A model generated the notes under the pieces. It saw only the letters and a list, made by a program, of their open reading frames with translations, was not told the origin of the DNA and ran no database searches. A stretch of DNA of 64,000 bases from Lepidodermella squamata (Eukaryota; Animalia; Gastrotricha), in NCBI GenBank assembly GCA_047495785.1, contig JBLDXI010000009.1, positions 868,001 to 932,000 of the forward strand. Reading direction: 5' to 3'. Position 1 is the stretch's first letter. Every line of letters begins with the position of its first letter. Positions 25,324 to 38,228 of this stretch are shown here, one piece after another. The translations under genes and the position numbers were made by a program.

Positions 25324-26138
25324 CCGTAAGGCGGTCTTACTTCGGACAAAAACGTGTTTTTGGGGCTTAGTTTTTCGAGGTGAACGAATTTTTTGACGGG
25401 CTTTATGTCAAAAGATGCGCCTTGAAAAACTGCATATTCTAGTATCAACTCCGGAAAAAAATGATTCTTCCCGTACAGGTATTAAAGGAAAACTGGTCCG
25501 GCTAACTTCGGACACAACTGGGGTAATTTCGGACAGCTCAATGTGAATATTTAGATTGGGGTCAAAGTTCACATTAAAGCGAGATAAAATTTGTGAGCAG
25601 ATTTAAGAAAAAAAACTTAAAAAAAACCAAAATGCATGATGAGGGATTCGAACCCTCAATATTGAATTGTGCTCCCAACGCAGCTTAGTGCTGTTCTCAA
25701 TAAAATATGGAGTTTAAAAAATGTCAAGGTCAATTGACATCTTTTTGAATTTCCCGTAGTTTGAAGCTGTCCGAACTTACCGGGACAAAATTTGTTTTCT
25801 AAAGTATTTCCTGATCAAAATTTTCGTTAAAAATTCGTTTGAACATGACAGCATTACTAAATCGATGGTGCTCTATCTTTTCCGCTTCTCTCCAGCAAAA
25901 AATACCTACCTGGTGAAAAGTTAGCAATTTTGGGTCGCGGGACATGACTGCCAAGAAGTTGGACTATTCTTCGCATACTTATCTGTTTTCAATGTTTCTG
26001 GTGTCATTTGAAAGCCAAGACTCAGGGCTATCTTTTGCATTTTGAACGGTCTCTATATTCACCGGGGTTGAGGAGAAATTCCAGTTCAAAGTCAAAAGTG
26101 TCCGAAGTTACCCTGTCCGAAGTTAGACCGCCTTACGG
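25324..26138. mobile_element. MITE, Tc1/mariner-pogo type
   Basis: TIRs CCGTAAGGCGGTCTTACTTCGGACA and TGTCCGAAGTTAGACCGCCTTACGG (one mismatch), flanked by TA on both sides. Internal TTCGGACA motif copies at about 25506, 25528, 25769 and 26099. No ORF. Confidence 0.92.
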
Positions 26139-26415
26139 TACCTAAATTTTCCGCGTTAAATTCGAAAGTCGCTCATCAGATACCTTATACGCTCAGATTC
26201 CTCATAAGCGTACATAGGTACCTACGCCGACATGGTCACGCGCGCCCGCTTAACACCTTGACGTCAAAGTCTGGGTATCAACCGAGACGAAGAAGCTACC
26301 GACGCTTGGAGTTTGGGTCACGAAAAAGTTGGACGAAACTAATATGACAAGATACTTGCAATAACACAAGTGTGTGTGCATGATCAAAGCCGGCACTTCT
26401 TTCAAACAGCAACTT

Positions 26416-26436
26416 CAGCAGCAGCAGCAGCAGCAG
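26416..26436. repeat. (CAG)7 microsatellite
   Basis: Seven perfect CAG units downstream of the WDR70 3' end. Confidence 0.9.
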
Positions 26437-26723
26437 TTTTCTATCTTTGCTTCTGCTGGCGATATCTTCATTGCTGCGCTTATTTTCTCCGGTAAATCTG
26501 TAAACATGATGCAACATTTCGGCTTCATGCTCATAAAATACCGTACTGCCCGAAAATAATGTCTCAATTAAATGGCAAGGCATGTCTGCTTTCTTCTAAT
26601 TAAACGTCATATTCAAGGAAATATTCAAGGAAAGCACAACAACTGCATATATAAAACAATTTATTCGACCGTACAAAAATGAAAGCGCAACGCTTTTCAA
26701 GAGCGCTGCATCCTAATCTAGGA

Positions 26724-28904
26724 TCAACCAAGCTTTTGTCGTTTAGAGGAAGTTGCAGCTTCCGACGAGGACTGCTCTGTTGTAGCAGGATCTTCATGAG
26801 CGAACACAGGCTTCGGCTGCGTTGACTTGTACGCTGGCGCTACCCAAATAGGATTTTCTTCAGCGTCTTTGGCGTGGCGAAGAATAGCCTCGCGTGGATT
26901 TTCATCGAAAAAGGTTGGTTTTCGGATTTCAAGCGTTTGAATAACGTATTGATGCAGGGTTGCTCCCTGCTTCGCGATGCGGCCTCCCGTCCCAGGGCCA
27001 GCCACGGGCAAGTCTGGTCGCTTCGTCTTCTTCGGGTCTGCGCGCATCTTCTCAAGCTGAACTCTTGTCGAGCGTTGTCGCTCCTCACGGAACATGGGCA
27101 GAGCGAATGGCGTAATGATGCGCTCCGCAAAAACGACATCCTGTTGCTTGGGCTTGCGGACAGGCCGGACGACACACAAGCAAGCGCCGCGCAGAGATTT
27201 ACGTTCGTCGAAGAGCATTCGCACTCGACCGTCGGCACAAGCTACGACAATCTGATTCAACTTCGGGTGCCACAGAGTTCGCACTACACTCGCCCCGCTA
27301 CCACCCATTTCCAACTTGGATAGCAAACGCCCGGTAGCACGGTCGTAAAATGTAACGTATCCAGGTCCATCGCGAGTTGAAGCAGAAAGCCCCGTCATAA
27401 CCATCCGATCGTTTGGCGAGAAAGCAAGATTGGTCTCGGCAAAGTCGTTCGGTAGCTGCTCCACAGCAAACAAGGGCGATTTAGCGAAGTTGCGCACGTC
27501 CCATAGCTTCAGCGAGCCATCCATTGAGCGCGATCCAAGGCACAAGTTGTCATATGAGAACTCAACACCGGACACGTCAGGGCCATTCTTATGCGCGTTA
27601 CGATTCATCATTGACACTGCCACGTTGCCGCGTCGTTGGTCCCAGATCTGGAGCGAACCATCCTGACATCCGGCGGCAACCAAGTTACCTTCCTGGTCAT
27701 AACAGCATGAGGTTGGTATCGCTCGTCTACCGTCAGAACTACGCGGCTTGATACAGCCCGAATGCTTTTCAGCGTCAAAGATGGTCCATAAACGCAAAGT
27801 GCCGTCCATTGAGCTTGTAAGAAATGATTCCTTGTCCTTAGGATGCCAGCACCCGCCAGTCAACATTGCTACGTGACCCTTCGTTTGAGCCATATCACGT
27901 ATGAACGGGTAGCCTTTCGGACACTCATATCGCCGTCCACCTTCACGCGTCACGACTTTTGCCTGCCATTTACCTGTTACAAAAATAGAGGTAATTAATA
28001 TCCAGTCGACAGTAACAAAGGCAGAATATTCTCGGATATGGGGGGCGAGTGATAATTTTTTTGGTTGGCCTTGGCCTTCCTCAAAACGAAATAGTGCGGA
28101 TGCCTAGTCGCGGAGAATTCAAATAAAAATTTCAATTTCAAATATCAAAGTAACAAGAGTAAGAGAGCCCGAGTTAAGCTCAACGCGTTAGCAACTTTTC
28201 CTAAACGTAAATACCGCCAGTTGTTGCTGATTTTTCATGTGAAGGCAAAAAACCGATTTCCTCTTTGCGCAAACATTCATTAATTTAGTGACCAGCAAAG
28301 TTAGCGATATTTTGCCCATATCAAGATACAGGAATTGCTTCGGATAATTTAATCACTTACCACTTACTATCAGTAGCAATTCGGATGATGCATTGTATGC
28401 TAAATGTTTAATCTGATGGGCTTCAACAGGCTCGAAAGAGCGAAACGGTTTAAAAGATGCATCCATTCCTGCGAAGTCGAAAAATTTGACGGAATAGTCG
28501 TAGCCACCAGATGCCAATCGTTGACCGCTGTTGTCAAGGGCAATGGCAGACACAACTTTCGAACCGTGCTCCATGCAAACTTCGCGCTCTGTCGGTATCC
28601 AGAAGTCTAGTAATGCATTGGAGCCATCATCTTCATCGCTCTTTTGGTCAGAATCCTCATCTCCACTTCTAGCACTGCCACTATCGTCATCATCATCGAC
28701 GCGCTTCGATGCTTCAACTGCCGTTTCGGGAGGCATAAGTGGTCCGTATTCATCTTCGCTGTCGCTCGTTTTTTCAGTATCATTCAAGGGCTCAGAATTA
28801 ACGCCCATCGCTTCAAGATTAGCCTTTGATCGCTCGGCCGCGATAGATTTAGATTCAGCAAACAACGCATCGATGTCAAATGTGCGAGCTTTTTTATCGC
28901 CCAT
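26724..28904 (-). CDS. WDR70: WD repeat-containing protein 70 (gad-1 homologue)
   Basis: Acidic N-terminus, HGSKVVSAIALD..GGYDYSVKFFDFAGMD..FR, KGYPFIRDMAQTKGH, WHPKLNQI, IITPFALPMFRE, NPREAILRHA, PAYKSTQP; one intron at 27974-28360. Confidence 0.95.
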
Positions 28905-31047
28905 AATAATGCTTCTACATAAAAGGGAAATGTTTTTCATAAAGCCGTAAGAACCAATGATAATCAATCATCAGACATCAGTTATATTTAGTATATAGGT
29001 AATGAATAAAGTGGGTGTCAGGCTCCTAGCTCTCGCTTGCACCGTACGATTGAGTGACCGCATCCACGCGCACCACGCACCACTACATCTACCCACAACA
29101 TGCGCTAACTGTTAGCTTTGCGACATTTATTTAATTATAAAAACTACGCGTCGGTGTATGGTTCCTTGGCCTTAATTTTGAAGTAGTATCAATTATAAAA
29201 ACCCAGGAACACTGGTCGAGCAGGATGTATTCGAAAATACGTACAATTTCCAGTCAACCTCAAACCACCTGGAAGTGAACTAGAAGAGATTAATGAAAAA
29301 AGAAAGAGGAAAACTATAGTAGGAGATGGTTCTTTCGCTGACCAGAATGCTGCCGCTAAGAGACGAGGCATCGCGATCACAACTTTCACTCGAATGTATT
29401 ATTTTGCTCTATTGCTTCTATTGCTTCGACGTGGATTGCTCTCTTAGTAAAGCCGCTAGGCCAGAGGATTCACCACGTGAAATAGTTAAAAAAGACGATC
29501 GGGATGTAGGGTACCACGATGCCGCTCGCGATGATGATTCATCTTGATTAATGGCCCTTACCTGCTAAGGAGTACCGAGTCCCATAAAACAAGGAGAAAT
29601 TTTTTGAACATTTTCTGGTTTTCTGGTGAACAAGGAGCAATATTACTTCCTTCGAGCCCTCGACGGTCACGCGGCCGTCGCAGAAGGAGTCATCGCAAGG
29701 AGGCATCAGGAGCGTCTCGGATTTCCCGCGCCCTCAAGACAATTTGAATTACAAAACAGAATGTTAGGAAATATATATATTTAAACTAATTATGGATTCA
29801 ATTCGCCACAAATTTTTATCGATGACTTTCATAAAGTCATCGGTAATCAGGGCCCCGCATCACATCTCCAAAAGAGCCGATCAAGGCCGCATTTCTGGCG
29901 CTGGGTCCGCTTAGCCTCTGCCCTTGCCTACTGCCTACGGCAAATTGCTTCCTCATCAACGTCCGCTAAAGCTAGTGTCTAGTGTGACGACCCAGCGTGC
30001 TACAAAATCTTTGCTAGTCATTTGTCGCATTAAAATCTCAGATCTGTTAACGATCTTCAAATGATGCCGAGTCGGGGCTGTCAAAGCTACTTATCTGTTA
30101 CATGAAATAACCGGCGAGCGTTACATGTATAAATCTAACATCTTCTTTATAGCCACGGAGCACGTCATTCTGTTAAGCAAAGATATTAAAAGCTACCACC
30201 TGCCGCTGAAGTTTACGCTATCAAGTTTCGAATCGGGCGATTATTTACCCTCTACTCGATAGCCCTGCCGATTATCATTGACGAACTATCATGAAGGATG
30301 CAATCTGGATTAACGACGAATAAGCGCTAGTCTAGTCTTTTTCGTCAATTATTGTGAACAATATTGCAAGATATTAATCACTTACAACTCATGACGTTCC
30401 TGAAGCCTATGTTCTCAACTTTATCCTGATGTACTTATGTTCAGGGGCTGCATTATGTACTGAAGCGAGATAGGCAACCTCAATTATTGCAACATTTCAA
30501 TAAATTATTGGAAGTTACTGCAACAGTAATAAGCCGAACATAGTGAAGAAACTTTTAGTTATATTTAATTCCATGCTAAACTGTGAGCGAAGAAGCAAGA
30601 AGCGAGCGTTATCGACATTATACCGTAGTTTTAGCTGTAAATGGTTAATATCCGCTAAAAAAAATCCCTGGTTTGATTGCAATAACCTTGGTACTTAAAA
30701 GCGAAATACGTTTCTTGATACGACACCCGCGACTGCCTGTAGAAAGCCGTTTATTACGAGAGCATTTTCTTCTAGACTCAGTTTTATATGACGTGAAAGG
30801 TTTCAGCAACTGGAAAAGTTGAACAACTACTTGGGTTTCGAACCTCCAAACGATAAATATACTTCTTTGAATGAAATCACCATTATTCCATCTTAGATGG
30901 AAGGATTATAAGTTTGTGCTACCCTGTTGCTACCTTGTTATACCAAGTGTTATCATGTCTTTCTCTCGTTTAATATTTAGATAACTGCTAATAGTTAGAA
31001 TTTTCTCATTTCTTATAGGTTGCGTCTTTGACCATGATTTGAGGGAA

Positions 31048-33491
31048 ATGGGCAAGAAGTGCTGTTCCGCTCGCGTGTGGCCCGCGGTATTTGCTTGGCT
31101 CATACTGATAATATGTACTGGAATTTTCTACTTCGTTTGGTAAGCTCTTGGCAATGTCGATTTCAATTATATATTTTCATTATACGTTGATTATGTAGCG
31201 TTCAATGGTACGTCGAAGAGGTGAACGTATATACTGTAGTTGCGGAGAGCTTGCTAGTACTCTTCGTCGTTGTTAATTTCTCCCTGGCAACTTTCATGGA
31301 CCCAGGGGTATATCGCAAAGGTAAGCTGCTCTTTTAATAATTTCTCGTCGACAAGTTGTATGTTTCGAAGGTTTGGAAGAGGAAAATTTGGACGACTTTC
31401 GCGCATCCACCTTGTACCGACAAGTTGAAATCGAAGGAACTCGAGTAAAACTAAAGTGGTGCCAAACTTGTGCGTTCTACAGACCACCGCGCTGTTCACA
31501 TTGTATGTTTCGCCTATTTGTCACTAATTCTTTACGTCTACTTTTTGAAAATAGGCTCGGTTTGTGACCACTGTGTTGAGGTGAGCAGTTTTCCATGTAT
31601 GAATTGTTTGAATATGCAACAAATTTTTCGCAGTGGTTTGATCATCATTGTCCATGGGTGAACAACTGTATAGGAAGAAGAAACTATCGATATTTCTTCC
31701 AATTCCTCATTTCGCTGTGTTGCCACCAAGTTTTGATTATGGCAGCATTGGTCTATTACTTGGTTCACCAAGTTGGCCAGCAAAACGTGCCATTTTCTAG
31801 TTACAGGATCATTCTTGGGTATGTCATGCTAGACGCAACTTTTTGAGCTGTCAAATATATTATATTTTCCAGCCTCATTGTTGCCTGTATTGATGGCCTA
31901 TTGATGATACCTATTTTTGGCTTGACGGGCTTTCATGTTTTCCTGATTTCGTCCGGTATGTCCTTTGCCACGAGTGAATGTTTCATATCGCTTGATCTTC
32001 TTTTGTTAGGAAGGACAACCAATGAGCAAGTGACAAAAAAGTTCCACGGCGTTGTAAATCCTTATTTCAGAGGTTACTATCGTTTGCTTATTCGAATTTT
32101 TATTTGAGCCATGTTTTCAGGATGCTGCTTCTCCTGGATGAATACGTTATGCGGCCCTCATTGGCCTGGGCTTTACAGATACAAAAGCAAATTCAATCGG
32201 CCCATCACCTACAACAACGTCAACGCTCGATATATCGCTCGCAATGAAGATATTGCTGTCAACTTTGTTGATGATCAAAAACCTCTAATGTCGAATGCTT
32301 CAGAATTACCAATGGGGACTGAAAGCAATACATACAAAGTAGTGATTATTTATCATAAATTTCAATTAAATCATTGTGTTCTGTTAGGCTGGTGATCGGC
32401 AAGTTAATGTATACACTGTAAGTTCCTTCACAAACTGCCAATGAACCATTGAGCCAAGATATACTGAAATTAATTAACTAGCAATGAATCGTGACGTTGA
32501 TCAGAAGAGAACTTGACTGCGGTATCAATTATAGCTAGAAATGTATATGTAGATTACCAACTTACACCTATCGAGATTCCACGAGCTAATAATAACATTT
32601 TTAATAGCTATCTGCTGTATAACAAATGCGATTTGAGAAGGCTTCATGACGTGAGTATCGATGTTGTTTTGTTCACTTGTTATCTGTAGTTTGGTAATCA
32701 CGCCTTTCGTGTCACTTCAAGCCTTAAGCCCTGTTAATTTGCTTCTGTTTCGCTGGCTTGTGCGTACCTTCAAAAGTGATGTCCTATTGTTATGCTTTTG
32801 ATTTCAGGGTGACAAATCCAGTGGTAACGGTCATTCAAATAATGCTTCGATGACAAATCTGTACCGCAACCAGCTGATTGCAAAACAAGCCCAATTCTCC
32901 CAACCGGTGCTATCCTCTTCGTATCAATCGTCTCATACTGACTCTTCACTTGCACCTCTGGCAAGTTCAGAACCGGTTTCTCCACGCAGTATGGCTCAGA
33001 CACCTGCTCAAGGACGTCAACCCCCAGCCCAAAATCATGCTCACTCGCGACAAGCTCGAAATGGAAAGCCTATAAATGGTGTAAATGGAAACCATATTAA
33101 TAATGGATCTAGCGCAGCTGTTAGCCAACAAAGTCAACCTGGTAATGGGGCTAGTAACGTTTTCTTACCTCCTCATGTTATACGAGGTTTAAAACCTGGC
33201 CAGCCCATGAGCTTTGCAGACGCCATGGCATTGACAAGTGGTGGACAGCCTGGTTTGCAAAAGCAAATATCATCGAATTGGCCCGCAAGAGGTCGATATC
33301 CGGATTATAATCCTGCAGGTGATGTTTCATCGATATCGTCAACTGGCTCCAAATCGAGCATGTCTTGGTCATCTCATGCTCATTCCTCAAAGGGCGCTTC
33401 CTTCCCCAGTAGTGGGTACCCTTTTTCTGTGCGAAAGCCTAGTAGCATTTCAATTTACGATGGAATTGATCCTGATGAAGTTAATCTATAG
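31048..33491 (+). CDS. Palmitoyltransferase ZDHHC5/8-like
   Basis: [24 protein letters not shown]|SVCDHCVE|[36 protein letters not shown]; long low-complexity C-terminal tail ending EVNL*; many short introns. Confidence 0.93.
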
Positions 33492-34459
33492 CTTTATGAG
33501 GCATTCGCTGATTTCTACGCAACCCAGTTGAAAAAAAATCGGCTCGTCTGCATTCGGGATATTGTCTATTATGTACAGAGAGAAGCTATGTGGGTCGTCT
33601 CTGCTGCGAATCTCACTTCTTAACAGAGTATGAAATTTCAGATGGTGTAATAAGCAAATAACTTCATGCAACCTTACTGTCCTGCGACATTACGGCTGTT
33701 ATGCGATTCTATGACTTGAGTATATAGTATTTTTAACTTGATCATCTTTTATTCGATTGTTCGTTTCAAATCAAATTGTTTTGATTGCTGCTTTGAATGC
33801 GTCTTTGTTGCTTTTTGACGTCTTGAAAAATCGAGCCTTGTCTGATATTGTTCTAGTTCATCGGCTCATTCCGGACGCTTTTCTCAAGCTCAGTTTATCA
33901 GGTTTTATTTGCGAGACTTGAACGAGAGATGTGCGTAATTTTTTGATCAGTTTGATGTTGTTTTTCCCGGGCTGAAGTTACATATATTTTTATTAATTCT
34001 GTTGATCAAAATAGGCCGCTGGCACATTGAAACGTTGATATTACGATATCCTTCATCTAGTTACCTTCTGCTCCTGTTATTTGGAACACATTGTGCATAC
34101 CTACTTCTGGAAATTGATGAATAACCTGCATGAGTGTAAATTGTAGATTGTACGATACGAGTGTTTCTGCTTAATTTACAGTGTATCAAATACAGTACTA
34201 CTGACTTTTTACCGGAGTGCGGTCCCTATCACAGCTGCAAAATTTGATTTCAAGTAACGCTGAACTGTGCTGTTCCAAAGAAAACCATCTGTCATGCCAT
34301 AAGTAACATGCTCTCTCTTTCTCTCGCTCGCTCTCTTCTTTTTCTCTTTACTGTGTTCTCTTTGTCTTAGGAAGAGCGGTGTTTTCAGAAATACATTTGC
34401 ATCAAGCATTTTTGTTGACTTGAATTTTCATTAGGTATTATTAGCTTTCACGGTTGATC

Positions 34460-37400
34460 ATGTCAAGATTTTTCGCCGCGAGTAGCAGCGAATCGGAGAC
34501 CGATAGCGATAGCGAGGTCGAGGTTGCGCCGGCGCCTCAGAAAGCGCCTGTTCGTGTGTTTACGTGAGCAAATTTGCTGTATTTTTGCACATCTTTTTCA
34601 CTTATTTCTTTTATGTTACAGTTACCAGAGCGAATCGGATAGTGAAGACGATCACAGAGTTGTGAAGAGTGCTGCTGATAAGAGGCAAGTCCAATCTGCA
34701 ATTTTCGTTCTAAGTTAAGAGCTTCTAATATTTCAGGAATGAGGCGTTGGCTGAAATAGTCAAACGTATCAAAAATCACAAGAAAAACAAGGACATGGCA
34801 GCAGTCTTGAAAGACTTTGAAGATCTATTGCGAGTGTACGAGAAAAATAAAAAATTGGACTCGTCCGTTCCTACTATTTTTGTGCGTACCCTGATAGAAG
34901 TTGAGGACTTCGTGAATATTGTGAGTTTGTTGGCGTGTCTCCTGCTATTTTTGTTATAATTTTACCGTTTCTAAGTCATGGGAGGACAAAGAGCTCAGGA
35001 AGAAAATGAGCAAGCCGAATGCGACTGGCCTCACCAGCCTTCGCCAACGCGTTCGCCGTTACAACAAAGACTTCCAAAATGAAATAGATGCTTATCGCGC
35101 AGTGAGTTGATGACAAATTTTACTACTGTTGTAAACAAAATATTTCACAGTCGGCAAAAGGTGGCGAGGAAGAAGCGGAAGCTGCTGCAGAAGAACGGGA
35201 GGATGTCGAAGAAAGCGATTACGACGAAGAGGAAGACGACGAGGCTGGAACTCGTCGCGGAAAGGTCCCTTTAAGCGCTAGGTTTATCTCAAATAACATT
35301 AATCCAATTTACAGCCCCGAAGAAGCGAGTCCGAAAGGGACGAGGAGGTGGCTCGACAAATCAGAGCATTGGGCGGCGATGATGATGAGTCAAGCGACGA
35401 AGATGAATGGGAGGAAAGTTCAAGCGAAAGTTCCAGTTCTGACGACGAAGGATTGGCGGGTTCTCAGTTAACTGCTGCCTTTTTCTTGAAGAAGGCTGAC
35501 GATGTGGATGATGAAAAAGAAAAGAAACCTAAGCGTGAGAAGGAGCGCAAGAAGCCTCGCCTTCCAATGCTATCTGAAACCGGCCAGGATGACCTGGTTG
35601 ATGGTGGTCGCGGTACCGACAAAGATGGCTGGGTCATTATTGGCGAAAGACCTGACGAAGAACGCCCGCGTTTATTCGTGAAGGAAGAAGATATGACGTT
35701 CGATAACGTGTACAAAAAGTTCGACGAATTTGTCAAAAACAGAGGCAAGCGTCTGTTGTCGCGCCAGGACATGATGGCTGGTCTTGAAGAAATGGCTCTC
35801 GTCACGCTGCAGAAGAAACTGGGCAGCGCTTTGATGGCTAAAATTCTCTTCTGTATGATTTCTGCTATTTTTGACTCGAAATCAAGCATGCTAGTTGCTA
35901 TGGCGAAAGAACCTTATGCAAAGCTGGTTAAATGCGTCGACCAGCTCCTCGCCTTGCTTCAGAGCAACGTGGATCTGATAGTTTCAGAGAACATCGTCGA
36001 TGAAGAGGAAAGCATAAAAACCGCTCCTTTCAAAATTCGAGGTGACCCCATCATTATTGTCGAGCAGATCGACGAAGAGTATATCAAGTTGTTGCAGTCG
36101 TGCGATGCTCATAGCAATGACTACATTGAACGGTTTGTTAAAGCCAACAAAGTTAATAATTGGTTCTAAGTCATGTTATTTTTTACAACAGCCTCAAGGA
36201 CGGTCGTATGATTGACAAGTTCATTGACCAACTTATCAGCTATTTGGAGACGAACGGTCGCGCTCAGCCAGAGGAGCTGTGTAAAGCCTATTTGAAGAAA
36301 GTTCAGCACATGTACTATCTGGCTCCAGCGATGATTGACGCCAAACTGGACGCCGAAACGACGGAGAAAATGGAACGTTTGTGCCATTACATCTACGAAA
36401 ATGACAAAACCGACCGCTTAAAGGTTCAAGCTGTACTGTGCCACGTTTATTATAACGCCATTCATGACCGGTGGTACGAGGCGCGGGATTTGCTGCTCAC
36501 TTCCCAGATCCCCTCGTTTATAGACCGGGCTGATATCCCGGTGCAAATGCTTTACAACCGTGCAGTTGCTCAACTTGGATTGTGCGCTTTCCGCCGCGGT
36601 TTGATAGCCGACGCTCACCAAGCTCTGGTCAATTTACAAAGTTCGGCCCGCGCTCGCGAGTTGCTTGGCCAGGGTATTGTCTTGCTGCGTGGCCAGCAGA
36701 AAACCAAGGAGCAAGAGCAAATCGAACGTATGCGTCAACTGCCCTTCCACATGCACATTAATCTGGAGCTTCTTGAATTCGTCTATCTCATCAGTGCCAT
36801 GTTGGTCGAACTGCCGGTGTTGGCCTTGGTCGATTTCAACGACCAACAGCAACGCCGTCGTGGTCACTTCTTCCACGTTTTGAAGCAGAATGAGCGCACC
36901 GCGTTCAACGGACCGCCAGATACTATGCGCGAGCACCTTGTCGCCGCCGCTAAGGCGTTGCGCATTGGTGATTGGCGTACGGCGATGAGCAACCTATACG
37001 CACCGAAAATGACAACTAAGGTGTGGAGCCTCATTGCGCTTGCAGACTCGGTAAAAGCGGTTTTGACGGCTAAGCTCAAGGAGTGTGGCTTGATGTGCTA
37101 CGTTTTCACTAATTCTACCGTCTACTCGAACATGTCGCTGTCATGGCTGGGCACTTGCTTCGAACTAGATGTCGCGACTGTTCATGCTCTCGTCTCTAAA
37201 ATGATCATCAATGGCGAGTTGAAAGCTTGGATGGACGAGCCAAGCGGGTGTCTGTTACTGCGAAATGTTGAAGTGCCACCTCTCCACACGCCTGCACTGG
37301 ATCTGTCTCGAAAACTGGCCCATTTGGCGGACGCGACCGAGAAGTTGTGGATTGAGAAACAAGGCGTTCTCATGCAAACGCGCCCAGGTGGTGTGGTGAT

Positions 37401-37599
37401 GGGATCAGGATTCGTCATGCCAACGGGCGCCGGTGGTCAGCAATATCAGCAGCAGTCATGGGGAGGTCGCCGTCAGCAGGGTGACCGGCAAGATCGCGGC
37501 GATCGTCAAGATCGGCAAGGTCAGGGACAGCGGAGGGATTATCGCGATAGGCGCGACGGCGGTGAGCAGCGCAATCGCGACCGTGACTACCAGCAGTAA
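34460..37599 (+). CDS. EIF3C: Eukaryotic translation initiation factor 3 subunit C
   Basis: MSRFFAASSSESE, RVVKSAADKR, LRQRVRRYNK, LCHVY..A..DRW.EARDL, QLPFHMHINLELLE, GPPDTMREH, PCI domain; includes one GC-AG intron (34685-34736). Confidence 0.97.
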
Positions 37600-38228
37600 G
37601 ATGAATTAACTGAGCGATAGAGCGTATGAAACTATCTTCATCATTCCAAAAAATAATAATTTCCGGTCTTCAAATTAAGGGTGGCTTTCACCGGAATTCT
37701 ACTTCGGGCGCATGTGGTACTACATCGGTTCTGAAATAAAAATATTGCGTTGTGGCGAGAACATGACGACTTTCTTTGTATGAATCATCTGCTATATAGG
37801 TTATACATGCGCTTCTATCGTGACAGAGCGGGCCCCTCGGTGCATTGTCCAAAATGAGGGTCATATTAGAAAAAGCGCTCGTGCTCTGTTGTATAGTTGG
37901 CGTATTTCAATGTGGCACATTTGCTCTACGTAACCTCTATGCATGTGTGGGCATGCAAAAACTAGTGAATGGTAAGTATACAGCTTATGTGTTCGATGAT
38001 AAAGTGTTATATCAACTTCTTTCGCACACCCATGGTTTGTTTCTATGGTATTATTTCAGGACCCGAAAATCCAGATAACGCATCGCTTTAACAATTGAGT
38101 GTAAAACCTGAGCATGATTTAGATAATTCACGGCCACCCCCACCTGCCGTTTGTTACGCTGTCTCTTTATTCATCGTTATGTGCATTAATTTTTAGACAT
38201 TTTAGTTTTATAAATTTATGGCTGTGTA

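Noticed and set aside
26296-26583. Short ORFs with polyQ or polyL
   Set aside because: Artefacts of the (CAG)7 microsatellite in non-coding DNA.
32480-32660. Possible cassette exon inside the long ZDHHC intron (ends at GTGAGT)
   Set aside because: The open frame is not in phase with the available acceptors; in-phase readings hit stop codons.
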